DNA from: Planctomycetota bacterium
Lineage (GTDB): Bacteria > Planctomycetota > PLA2
Direction: 5' to 3'
Assembly: GCA_021776785.1 (NCBI GenBank)
Contig: JAJFFF010000001.1
Location: 187,129-251,128 of the forward strand
DNA length: 64,000 nucleotides
Of this stretch, positions 55,969 to 64,000 are shown one piece after another (the first letter of the stretch is position 1; each line of letters starts with the position of its first letter). A program made the translations under genes and the position numbers. A model generated the notes under the pieces. It was given only the letters and a program-made list of their open reading frames with translations. It made no database searches and had not been told where the DNA came from.

Positions 55969-57202
55969 GCACCGGCTCCAACGCGCGTACGACGCGCAGA
56001 GCGCTATTCACGCCATCTTCGTGGAAACCGTTGAACCAATACGCCCCGCAGTAGTGCGTGTTGCGAGAACCGCTGATCTCGGACCAGCGCTGCTGGGCGG
56101 CGATGCTTTCCGTGGTGAACAACGGATGATCGTACGTAAAGCGTCGCAGCACCTTGTCGGGTGCGATCGCGCCGGTTCGGTTGAGTGTGACGAGGAACGG
56201 CGCGTGCGACGGCAGCGACTGCAAGATGTTGAGGTTGTAGGTGACTGTGGCGCGAGACGTGTCCGGCTGCACGTGATAGTTCCACGCGGCCCACGCTCGC
56301 CTTACGCGCGGCATCAGCGTTTGATCCGTGTGCAGCACGACGTCGTTGGATTGATAGGGCAGCGCTCTGAGGATGTCTCGCTCGTCCGGCGACGGGTCGC
56401 GGAGCAGCCGCAACGCCGCGTCGCTGTGTGTGGCGAATACGACGTGGTCGAATCGTTGCGACCCCGCGGCCGTCCGTACGTCGACGCCGCTCGCGGTGCG
56501 TGCGACGGCGACGACGGGCGTGGACAGACGAATTCGATCCGTGAACGGGCGCGTGATGGCGTCCACGTAGCGGCGGGACCCACCGCGGACGACGCGCCAC
56601 TGCGGGCGTTCGTCTACCGAGAGCATGCCGTGATTCTGAAAAAAGCTCACGAAGAACCGCAATGGAATTTGCAGAAAGCGCTCCGGATCGGTGGACCACA
56701 CCGCAGAACCCATCGGCACCAGGTAGTGCTCGACGAAACGGCGTCCGTAGCTGCGCTCCTTGAGAAATTCGCCGAGGGTCGCGGGCGCTGACGCGTCCCC
56801 GATCGTCGCCGGCGCTTCGCGGTGAAATCGCAAGATGTCACGGATCATCTTGAGGAACGACGGCCGCATCAGGTTGCGCCGCTGCGCGAACATCGTGTTG
56901 AGCGACGTGCCGTTGTATTCGAGACCGGTCTGTTCGCAGCGCACCGAGAAACTCATCGCGGACGGTTGGGAGGCGACGTCCAACTCGTCTAGAAGCGCGA
57001 TGAAGTTCGGATACGTCCAGTCGTTAAACACGATGAAGCCGGTATCGACGTCGTAGGATCTTCCGTCCTGCGCAACCGTAACGGTGGCCGTGTGACCGCC
57101 GACGTAGTCGTTGGCTTCAAACAGAGTGATGTCGTGGGCCTTGTGCAGGTGGTGCGCGGCGACGAGGCCCGAGATGCCGGTCCCGATGATCGCAATGCTC
57201 AC
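55961..57202 (-). CDS. FAD-dependent oxidoreductase (flavin amine-oxidase/phytoene-desaturase-like)
   Basis: GTG 57202 gives VSIAIIGTGISGLVAAHHL, a Rossmann dinucleotide motif. It overlaps the desaturase stop (GTGA). Confidence 0.8.
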   Translation of the reverse strand: MSIAIIGTGISGLVAAHHLHKAHDITLFEANDYVGGHTATVTVAQDGRSYDVDTGFIVFNDWTYPNFIALLDELDVASQPSAMSFSVRCEQTGLEYNGTSLNTMFAQRRNLMRPSFLKMIRDILRFHREAPATIGDASAPATLGEFLKERSYGRRFVEHYLVPMGSAVWSTDPERFLQIPLRFFVSFFQNHGMLSVDERPQWRVVRGGSRRYVDAITRPFTDRIRLSTPVVAVARTASGVDVRTAAGSQRFDHVVFATHSDAALRLLRDPSPDERDILRALPYQSNDVVLHTDQTLMPRVRRAWAAWNYHVQPDTSRATVTYNLNILQSLPSHAPFLVTLNRTGAIAPDKVLRRFTYDHPLFTTESIAAQQRWSEISGSRNTHYCGAYWFNGFHEDGVNSALRVVRALEPVHA

Positions 57203-58134
57203 CGGCTCGCCTCGCGGACGCGCGGAGGAACGTCGTTGAGGTCGCGAATGATCCCCAGCCACGACAACACGACGAGCCCGTAGTAAGTGATGTCGATCTC
57301 CCACCACCAAAAGCCCTGGCGTACAGAGCCGGGGTAGTGATGGTGGTTGTTGTGCCAACCTTCGCCGAGTGTCAGGACGGCGAGCCAAAAGCTGTTTCTG
57401 CTGTCGTCGTCTGTGTCGTAGCGACGTCGGCCGACGGTGTGGGCGAGCGAGTTGATGGCACTTGTCGCGTGAAACAGAGCGACCGTCGAGATCCCAAACC
57501 CCCAGACCACGAACTGCATGCCGCCCGTCGCGTAGAGAGCGACGACGAGCAATCCCGGCGCAACCGTGTCAAAACGGTCGAGCCAGCGAAGCTCCGGGTA
57601 GCGAGCGAGATCAGGCACCCGGCTCAGATCGGTACGGAAGTTCTTGCGCGACGTGAACCAGCCGACGTGGCTCCAATAAAACCCGTGTTCATGGGGAGAA
57701 TGGACGTCTGCGGCCTCGTCGGAGTGGCGGTGGTGGTGCCGATGATGGGCCGCCCACCAAAGTGGACCCCGCTGCGCGGACATGTTGCCCACGACGGCGA
57801 AACAGAACTGGGCTACGCGCCCGGTCCGAAATGTCCGATGGGAGAAATAGCGGTGATAAAAGCCGGTGATGGCAAACATGCGGACGACGTACAGTCCGAT
57901 GGCGACCCAGAGCGCCGGCCAACTCCAGCCCACCCATAGGACGCCGAAGCAGAGGACATGGAGGAGGACGAACGGGATGCACCGAAGCCAATCGTCCACT
58001 CTGCCCTCGTCGTGCTCGGCCGGTCCCGCCTGGGAGTCGAACCAACGGGCGACCGCGAGCCCGGTTCGTCGCAACGCACTTCGCCTTGCCGTGGGCGCTG
58101 GCAAGCGAGTTCTAGGACGAGTGGAGAGAGGCAT
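57199..58134 (-). CDS. membrane acyl-lipid/acyl-CoA fatty acid desaturase (delta-9-type, di-iron His-box family)
   Basis: Three His boxes are present: HRYFSH, HHRHHHRH, HNNHHH. Multi-TM. The annotated start overlaps the divergent TlpA-like start and may lie further downstream. Confidence 0.85.
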   Translation of the reverse strand: MPLSTRPRTRLPAPTARRSALRRTGLAVARWFDSQAGPAEHDEGRVDDWLRCIPFVLLHVLCFGVLWVGWSWPALWVAIGLYVVRMFAITGFYHRYFSHRTFRTGRVAQFCFAVVGNMSAQRGPLWWAAHHRHHHRHSDEAADVHSPHEHGFYWSHVGWFTSRKNFRTDLSRVPDLARYPELRWLDRFDTVAPGLLVVALYATGGMQFVVWGFGISTVALFHATSAINSLAHTVGRRRYDTDDDSRNSFWLAVLTLGEGWHNNHHHYPGSVRQGFWWWEIDITYYGLVVLSWLGIIRDLNDVPPRVREASR

Positions 58135-59305
58135 GTTCGAGCGAATCTATCGAAATGATGCTGTCGCGTCCCGGCCGCGCCGTACCCTGTGGCGCGTGAA
58201 AACCTGGATTTTGCCGACGATGGCCCTTGCAATCGTCGCAGGGTGTCGTTCGTCGTCAAATGCGCAGCAACGGTTTGAGACTAGTTACGCCGCATACCAA
58301 GCGGATGGATTCAGCGATCGGGAGATGGCCCGTCTTTCGAAACAGGCTGTGGCGGTCGCCGAGAGTGATGGAATCTCTGATGAGGCGCGTTTCGATACGC
58401 TGTTGCGGGCCGCACGAGCCACGTCTGAGGGCGGCTCGTACAAGCGTTCGCGTAGGGCTCGAGGCCGGATTTTCCCCGCGCTCCTCCGGCTTAGCCGCCA
58501 TGACGATCACCGTCTTGCCCAGGTGATTCAGGCTCTGTCCCACCTCGGGAGATTCGATCCGAGCGAGGCGAAAAAAGAAGAACAAGAATATGTCCAATAC
58601 TTGGACAAAGTCGCCGCCGTGGGACCCGTCGAGTGGGTGCAGCCCGCTGTGGCCTGGGCTCGGGCGCATCACCGCGTCGCGCGCGATCTGCATGTCGAGC
58701 CGATCAGCGAAGCCGAGCGTGCGGAGACGCGCGAGTGGATTAAGTTGAGCTACCGCGGTTGCGAACACCTGCCGGACTCGCAGTGGGCGTCCGACGTCCG
58801 CCAGTTCTGCAGCCGTTCGATGAGCCAACTCGACCAGTTGGTCATCGGGCGGCCCGCGCCCGAGATTGCGTCGCGCGATTTCTCGGGGCGTGACCTGCGG
58901 CTATCCGAATACCGCGGCAAGATTGTCGTCGTTTCGTTTTGGGCGACCTGGTGCAAGCCGTGCATGGCCAAGTTCGACGATCAACGCGACCTCGTCAACG
59001 CGATGCAAGGCAAGCCGTTCGCGCTGCTGGGTGTCAACAACGATCGGGATGCAGCGCGTGCGCGGGCTGTGGCAGGCAACGGCAAATTGAACTGGCGCAA
59101 CTTCCGCGACGACCCGGAAGCCGGGGCGGGCGAGTGCGCCGACGCCTTCGCCGTGCGCATGTGGCCGTCCGTTTTCGTCCTCGACGCCGAGGGCGTGGTG
59201 CGCGCGATCAACCCGCGCCGCGACGACCTGTGGGACATCTGCAAATCGCTGGTGGCTGAAGTTGAAGATTCCCACCCGATCGCGGCGGCCGCCGGCAGCG
59301 ACTAG
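58133..59305 (+). CDS. TlpA-like thiol:disulfide oxidoreductase lipoprotein (thioredoxin fold, WCKPC)
   Basis: Lipobox LAIVAGC. Trx motif VVSFWATWCKPCMAKF. The start is uncertain: ATG 58133 gives a long pre-lipobox leader. The track ORF starts at 57866, inside the desaturase gene. Confidence 0.75.
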   Translation: MFERIYRNDAVASRPRRTLWRVKTWILPTMALAIVAGCRSSSNAQQRFETSYAAYQADGFSDREMARLSKQAVAVAESDGISDEARFDTLLRAARATSEGGSYKRSRRARGRIFPALLRLSRHDDHRLAQVIQALSHLGRFDPSEAKKEEQEYVQYLDKVAAVGPVEWVQPAVAWARAHHRVARDLHVEPISEAERAETREWIKLSYRGCEHLPDSQWASDVRQFCSRSMSQLDQLVIGRPAPEIASRDFSGRDLRLSEYRGKIVVVSFWATWCKPCMAKFDDQRDLVNAMQGKPFALLGVNNDRDAARARAVAGNGKLNWRNFRDDPEAGAGECADAFAVRMWPSVFVLDAEGVVRAINPRRDDLWDICKSLVAEVEDSHPIAAAAGSD

Positions 59306-59473
59306 GTCAACGTAACCGAATTTTCTGCAACGCCTTACGGCGTATGGTGCGTCCGCTTTGTCGTCAACGCCCTTGTTTCGGCACACGTTCGACCCGCAGG
59401 CTGAGGCGAAGCGGGCGGAGAAACCGGTTTTGCCGCCTTAACTTCAGCCATACCGCTCCGATACGTCCTTTGC

Positions 59474-61993
59474 ATGAAGTGGGCGCAATGGATCTTGGTT
59501 TTGGCGTTGGGGGCCGTGGCGTCGTGTAGCACGAAGGTCGGCGCCTTCCCCGTCGTCGAAGCGCCGGATCCGGATCCGGAACCGGAACCCCCGGCGCCCG
59601 ATCCCGGCAACAGCCGTGTGTCGGGCCTCGCCGCGGTGAACGGCCCGGATGGCATCGCGTCCGTCACACTGCTGGTGCACGACCCCGAATCGGACCCGGT
59701 GACGGTGCTCTTTGAGTACTCGGTGGCGGGCGTCGAGTGGTTCGCGTGCGGGTTGGTCGATGTGGCCGCCACCACGGCGGCGACGCCGGCCGGAAGCACG
59801 CTCGACGTACAGTGGTACTTAGACGACTTAGGGTTTCGCGGCGTCGGCGGATTCTTGCGCGCCACGCCGACCGACCTCGATGGCGTCGGCACGTCGCAGA
59901 TGATTCCGATCACGAACCCGGACCGGCGCCGCGCACGCGCCGCCGACGTCGAGTTCTACATGATTCACTACGGCGGATTCAGCGACGAGCAGATCCGCGT
60001 GGCCGAAACGTACGACTTGGTCATCCTGCATCCGTTCAGCGGCAATCTGCCCGCGGCGATCGTGCACGACATTGCCGACGGTATCGACCCGAGCGATCCC
60101 GCCGACGACGTCTTGGTGTTGGGTTACATCTCGATCGGCGAAGACCTTCGCACGGTGGGTATCACGGACGAGGAGATGTTGCTCGACCCGCGTTTTGTCG
60201 GCGACGGGACGGGGCCGCGCATCGACCCGCGCGGTCCCGGTTCGGACGGGCAGCGCTTGACGGGGCTCGATCCGCTGGGACTCCCGACGACGGGGCCGAC
60301 CGGTTACGCGTCGTGGTACCTAGACGACAACGACACACACAACTCGCCGACGTACACCGGCGACGGCAAACCGGACCGCAACGTGATCTTCGGCGGGTGC
60401 TTTGTCAACGCGGGCGATCCGAAGTGGTTTGATGCGTTGGACGGTATGGAGTTCGACGGCGTCGACGGCATGCCGGGCATCAAGGAACTCCTCACGGGCT
60501 TTGGGCGCGGGTACGGCTGCGACGGGTTGTTTTTGGACACCATCGACACGTGCGCGCCGAACTCGTTTACCGACGAGACGAGCCCGAACCAATCCGAGTA
60601 CGAATGGACCGCGCAGGGGTTCACGGACTTCATGGAGCTTCTGGACGCGCGCTACCCGCAGCACATCATTTTGCAAAACCGCGGGCTGTTCTTTTTCGAT
60701 CCGCGGCATCCGCACTACGAGGTGTCGCCGCGCGCGTCGATTCACTACCTGAAGTTTGAGAGCTTTCGCCTGAACTCGAACCAGTTCGAGGACTTCGACC
60801 CGTTCTTCTTTCCGGACAACAAGTTCAACGTGGCGCCCAAGCTGATGGCGGAGGCTAACCGCGACGATGGGTTTACCGTTCTCTCGCTCGGCTATGCCGA
60901 GGGGCCGGCGATCGACCTCGCGACTCTAAACGGCGAATCGACGGCCGGGTTAGACACGCTGATCGAAGACATCTTGGAGAACCAGGATCGTGTCGGGTTC
61001 CGCCACTACATCACCGATGGTGGCGTGGCGTTTTCCAACACGTTCGTGCGCGACTTCGCGGACATGGATGATCGCGAGCCGCCGGTTTGGACGAGCACCT
61101 ACAACGCCAACATTCAGCCCTTCCCGACGCCGCCGGGCGCGCCCGCATCGCGGATCGGCGTGCAGCAGGCGGTCGCGGGCACCGATGAAGTTACGGTGCG
61201 ATGGGACGTCGCGCTCGACCTCAATCGCGTGAACTACGTCCTCTACATGAGCGACATCCCGCTCGATTTTGCGGACCTCTCCAGCGCGGATCGTATCGAG
61301 TTGGAGCCCGAAATCGGCGCCGGCTATGCGCAGGGCGTGGGGCCGACGACGTACGCGCATCAGGCCACGATCGGACCGCTCGAACGCGGCTCGACGTTTT
61401 ACTTCTGCATTCGCGCCGTGGATCGCTTGGGGAACGAAGATCAAAACGAGGTCGTGCTGACCGCGCGTCTGCGTGGGTTGGAGACGATCACGATCGACGG
61501 CGAGTTCGATGACTGGGATGACATTCCGCTCGCGATGACCGATCCCGACGACGCGGACTCGTCGTCGGGTCCGAACTGGCGCGAGATCCAAGTCGCCAAC
61601 GATCTCGACAACGTGTACATCCGCTTCACGTCGGAGAACGCGTTCAACTTGGACGGCGGCCCCGGCTTTGGGTTTTCACGGACCCTGATCCTGATCGACA
61701 CCGATGACGATGCGGCGACCGGCTACAGCTTTGGGTCGGTCGGCAGCGAACTCATGGTGTCAGGCGACACGCTGAACCGACAGGAGGACGGGTCGTTTAA
61801 CGCGGGCCAGATTCAGGTGCTCAGCGTGAACCCCGAGACCAATGTCGCGGAGTGCGAGCTTGCGATCCCGATCAGCCGCATTCGCGCCGAATCGCCAGGC
61901 ACGAACCGCATCCGCATCTTGTTCTTAAACGACGAGACGTTCGACACGGCGCCGGACGCTGGCTACCTCGAGTTCGACATCGTCGGCGAGTAA
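59474..61993 (+). CDS. large lipoprotein with GH114-like TIM-barrel glycoside hydrolase domain and C-terminal beta-rich domains
   Basis: Lipobox ALGAVASC. A Pro/Asp/Glu linker follows. YDLVILHPF...VLGYISIGE resembles the GH114 (endo-alpha-1,4-polygalactosaminidase/PelA-like) core. Confidence 0.5.
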   Translation: MKWAQWILVLALGAVASCSTKVGAFPVVEAPDPDPEPEPPAPDPGNSRVSGLAAVNGPDGIASVTLLVHDPESDPVTVLFEYSVAGVEWFACGLVDVAATTAATPAGSTLDVQWYLDDLGFRGVGGFLRATPTDLDGVGTSQMIPITNPDRRRARAADVEFYMIHYGGFSDEQIRVAETYDLVILHPFSGNLPAAIVHDIADGIDPSDPADDVLVLGYISIGEDLRTVGITDEEMLLDPRFVGDGTGPRIDPRGPGSDGQRLTGLDPLGLPTTGPTGYASWYLDDNDTHNSPTYTGDGKPDRNVIFGGCFVNAGDPKWFDALDGMEFDGVDGMPGIKELLTGFGRGYGCDGLFLDTIDTCAPNSFTDETSPNQSEYEWTAQGFTDFMELLDARYPQHIILQNRGLFFFDPRHPHYEVSPRASIHYLKFESFRLNSNQFEDFDPFFFPDNKFNVAPKLMAEANRDDGFTVLSLGYAEGPAIDLATLNGESTAGLDTLIEDILENQDRVGFRHYITDGGVAFSNTFVRDFADMDDREPPVWTSTYNANIQPFPTPPGAPASRIGVQQAVAGTDEVTVRWDVALDLNRVNYVLYMSDIPLDFADLSSADRIELEPEIGAGYAQGVGPTTYAHQATIGPLERGSTFYFCIRAVDRLGNEDQNEVVLTARLRGLETITIDGEFDDWDDIPLAMTDPDDADSSSGPNWREIQVANDLDNVYIRFTSENAFNLDGGPGFGFSRTLILIDTDDDAATGYSFGSVGSELMVSGDTLNRQEDGSFNAGQIQVLSVNPETNVAECELAIPISRIRAESPGTNRIRILFLNDETFDTAPDAGYLEFDIVGE

Positions 61994-62004
61994 TACTATC
62001 GCCG

Positions 62005-62895
62005 CTACGCGGGCTTGGGCGCGCGCCACTCGTATTCGGAGAGGCGCGCGATCTCTTCGCATCCGTGGCGTTGAAACAGCTTCACCATGCCCGCGTTCTC
62101 AGCCGCCGTTCCGCCGTGGTAGGTCTTGCCGCCTTGCGCTGCCATCATCGTGAAGCCGCGCCGGTGAACCCACGTTCCGAGTCCCTTTCCACGCGCTCCT
62201 TGCACGATGCCCATGTAGGTTAGTCGCGACCAACCGTCGCTCGGTGCGACCTGGGCGCATACGAACGCGACGGGCGCGTCGTCGAGATAACCGATCGCGA
62301 CACAATCGTCGCCGTGGGTCAGCTCCGGATCGGCGAGGTACGACTCCAACATCGCGGCCGGGTCGTCGTCGGGCGTGAGCCCGTGCGGATCGCCAGCACA
62401 CGCCGCGGCGTACATGCGCGCCGCTTCCGCGCGACCGACTTCGCCCATGGTCTTCCACTGAATCGGTGTACCTTCGTCGTTGGGCAGCGTCGCCACGTCC
62501 GTCTTGAATTCCAGCCGCTCGCCGAGCGCGGTGAACCCGCTTGCGATCAGGGCTTGTTGGTACGGCGCGAGGGACGGATCGACGCGCGTGCGTGCCGACA
62601 TGCCGATCGCGTTGCGCGCGCACGCACGGACGATCGCCGGACCCACGAGTTCCGCGGCGGCCGCCTCGTCGCCGACCGGTCCCACGAGCTTGTAAAGACC
62701 GCCTCCCAACCCCGCCAGCCGCACCGCCGCGACGATCGACTCTTCGCGCCGCGCCACGAAAAAATCGGCCAGGTCGGTCGCGCCGCTGGCGATGCGTTCG
62801 CGCATTTGTTGGACGCGCTGCACACGCTCCTCGGGCCCGAGTTGTTTTCCGGTCAACGCGACATACGCGTCTAGTTCGTTTCGTCGTAAATGCAC
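62005..62895 (-). CDS. GNAT-family N-acetyltransferase (C-terminal GNAT domain)
   Basis: VAIGYLDDAPVAFVCAQV...GIVQGARGKGLGTWV matches GNAT motifs A and B. Confidence 0.6.
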   Translation of the reverse strand: MHLRRNELDAYVALTGKQLGPEERVQRVQQMRERIASGATDLADFFVARREESIVAAVRLAGLGGGLYKLVGPVGDEAAAAELVGPAIVRACARNAIGMSARTRVDPSLAPYQQALIASGFTALGERLEFKTDVATLPNDEGTPIQWKTMGEVGRAEAARMYAAACAGDPHGLTPDDDPAAMLESYLADPELTHGDDCVAIGYLDDAPVAFVCAQVAPSDGWSRLTYMGIVQGARGKGLGTWVHRRGFTMMAAQGGKTYHGGTAAENAGMVKLFQRHGCEEIARLSEYEWRAPKPA

Positions 62896-62954
62896 AACCG
62901 AAGCGTATCAGGTTGTTTGGGCGTCGTTTGGGTGGACGCCGCTATGATGCGCGG

Positions 62955-63356
62955 ATGGAATTCGGCGAACGAACCCCCGGCGTGGAGTACGAGGAGCGTC
63001 CGGTCGCGTACGGCGTCGCGTTCGACGACGCCGGGCGCGTGCTCTGCGTGTGCGCGCCCGGCAGTTTTTACCTTCCTGGCGGGTGGATTCACGAAGGCGA
63101 GTCCCCGGAGGAGGCGCTGGTCCGTGAGGTCGCGGAGGAGACCGGCTACCGGGTGACCGTGGGGGAGGAAGTGGCGCAGGCGACCCAAGTAGTTCCCGCG
63201 TTCCTCAAGCGCGGTGTGTACTTTCGTATGACGCTTGGTGATCGCGATCCCGAGGGGGCGTTCGATCACCAGCACGTCTGGCTGTCGTTTGACCAAGCGG
63301 CCTCCTCGCTGTCGGAACCCGCACACGCCTGGGCGTTGCAGCAAGTGCCGCGTTGA
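62955..63356 (+). CDS. NUDIX hydrolase
   Basis: Nudix box GGWIHEGESPEEALVREVAEETG. The internal ATG at 62955 is used; the track ORF 62541.. has a spurious Arg-rich extension. Confidence 0.8.
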   Translation: MEFGERTPGVEYEERPVAYGVAFDDAGRVLCVCAPGSFYLPGGWIHEGESPEEALVREVAEETGYRVTVGEEVAQATQVVPAFLKRGVYFRMTLGDRDPEGAFDHQHVWLSFDQAASSLSEPAHAWALQQVPR

Positions 63357-63391
63357 ACGCCCCGTTCCAAGAAACGGGGCGTTCTGTTACG
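63356..63391 (+). terminator. rho-independent terminator
   Basis: Perfect 11-bp hairpin aacgccccgtt-ccaaga-aacggggcgtt followed by ctgtt, directly after the NUDIX stop. Confidence 0.55.
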
Positions 63392-63601
63392 AGGATGTAA
63401 CTCTGGCGACGGGCCCAAACGGCTTGCTGACCGGCATCGCGTTGGTGCAGGCGCACGGCGACCCACACGCATTGCACGGGGCCTGCTCTCGCGAGGCGCG
63501 TATCAACTGACGGTGCGGAGAAAATCGGGTCGCGTGCGGAACCGCGTGACCCCTCACGAATGTCCCGTGCGCGGCTTGCGCGGGTGAGGGCCTAGGAAAA
63601 C

Positions 63602-64000
63602 ATGCGCGTGCGGATTTTGGCAGCGCTCCTGTTTTTTTCGGGAGCGGGAGCTCTCGTGTTGGAGGTCGTGTGGTTTCGCCGCCTCGCCCAAGTGGCGGGG
63701 GCGACATCGGTCGCGCTTGCGGCGGTATTGGCGGCCATCATCGGCGGGATGGCGCTGGGAGCGTTCTTGGGGGGAGGTCATGCGGAGCGATCGCGCGCGC
63801 CGTTGCGGCTCTACGCGTGTCTGGAGTTGTTCATCGCACTGTTTGCGCTGGCGAGCCCGTGGATACTGGACGCGTCCGGAGCCGCGTTTGTCGCATTGAC
63901 GCGCGCGCTCCCGGAGGCGCCGCTGCTCCTCGCGCTTGGACGCTTCGCCCTGGCCGCGCTGATGCTCGCGCCGGCCGCGATTTGCATGGGCGCCACGCTC
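63602..64000 (+). CDS. N-terminal membrane domain of a spermidine-synthase-like (polyamine aminopropyltransferase family) protein, partial
   Basis: LLFFSGAGALVLEVVWFRRLAQVAGATSVALAAVLAAIIGGMALGAFLGG resembles the conserved TM N-terminus of membrane-anchored SpeE-like proteins. The ORF runs off the window end. Confidence 0.4.
   Translation, partial: MRVRILAALLFFSGAGALVLEVVWFRRLAQVAGATSVALAAVLAAIIGGMALGAFLGGGHAERSRAPLRLYACLELFIALFALASPWILDASGAAFVALTRALPEAPLLLALGRFALAALMLAPAAICMGATL

Overview
High-GC (~68%) bacterial chromosomal window, densely coding and syntenically coherent. Translations reminded me of Myxococcota/Gemmatimonadota-like genomes, but I do not name a species.

Content from start to end:
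- An envelope module on the minus strand: partial secreted protein, membrane anti-sigma factor, ECF sigma factor, and a PDZ protein.
- An FHA-GAF-PP2C phosphatase next to a fused alpha/beta E1 (TPP-dependent 2-oxoacid dehydrogenase).
- A small Zn-ribbon protein, an archaemetzincin-like protease, a rhomboid protease with an N-terminal Zn-ribbon, and a PaaI-like thioesterase.
- A Bfd-like 2Fe-2S protein, then divergent iscS-like and iscA-like genes.
- A ~500-bp compound REP-like repeat array.
- An 11-gene complex I operon, nuoA-B-C-D-H-I-J-K-L-M-N with no nuoEFG. A second nuoB copy sits head-to-head with nuoA. The operonic NuoB carries a ~180-aa Ala/Lys/Pro/Glu repeat tail.
- pcm and two HEAT-repeat proteins.
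- A complete suf operon (Rrf2 regulator, sufBCDSU, sufT), plus apbC.
- An MBL-fold hydrolase, a metallophosphoesterase and a ComB-like phosphatase.
- A 1181-aa transmembrane pseudokinase with extracellular Ig-like and LamG domains.
- A BtuF-like protein, SixA and Ppx.
- A PIG-L deacetylase, then a CarH-like (MerR + B12-binding) regulator divergent from a YbgA-like gene and a class II photolyase.
- A minus-strand lipid-modification cluster: desaturase, FAD oxidoreductase, DUF1365, Cfa, DUF1295, Cfa-like.
- A TlpA-like oxidoreductase, a GH114-like lipoprotein, a GNAT, a NUDIX hydrolase, and a partial spermidine-synthase-like membrane protein.

Main hunt results:
- Two thioredoxin-fold genes are each split by a single in-frame TGA sitting exactly at the first position of a U-x-x-C redox motif, with a hairpin just downstream. 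These are candidate selenoproteins that the ORF track breaks apart or truncates.
- One is a periplasmic Trx-like protein with an unusual (GCGD/E)n cysteine-rich tail. The other is a PRXL2/SelU-like protein at the end of the lipid-modification operon.
- The lipid cluster resembles the furan/methylated fatty-acid singlet-oxygen machinery of alphaproteobacteria and sits next to a B12-photoreceptor/photolyase locus.
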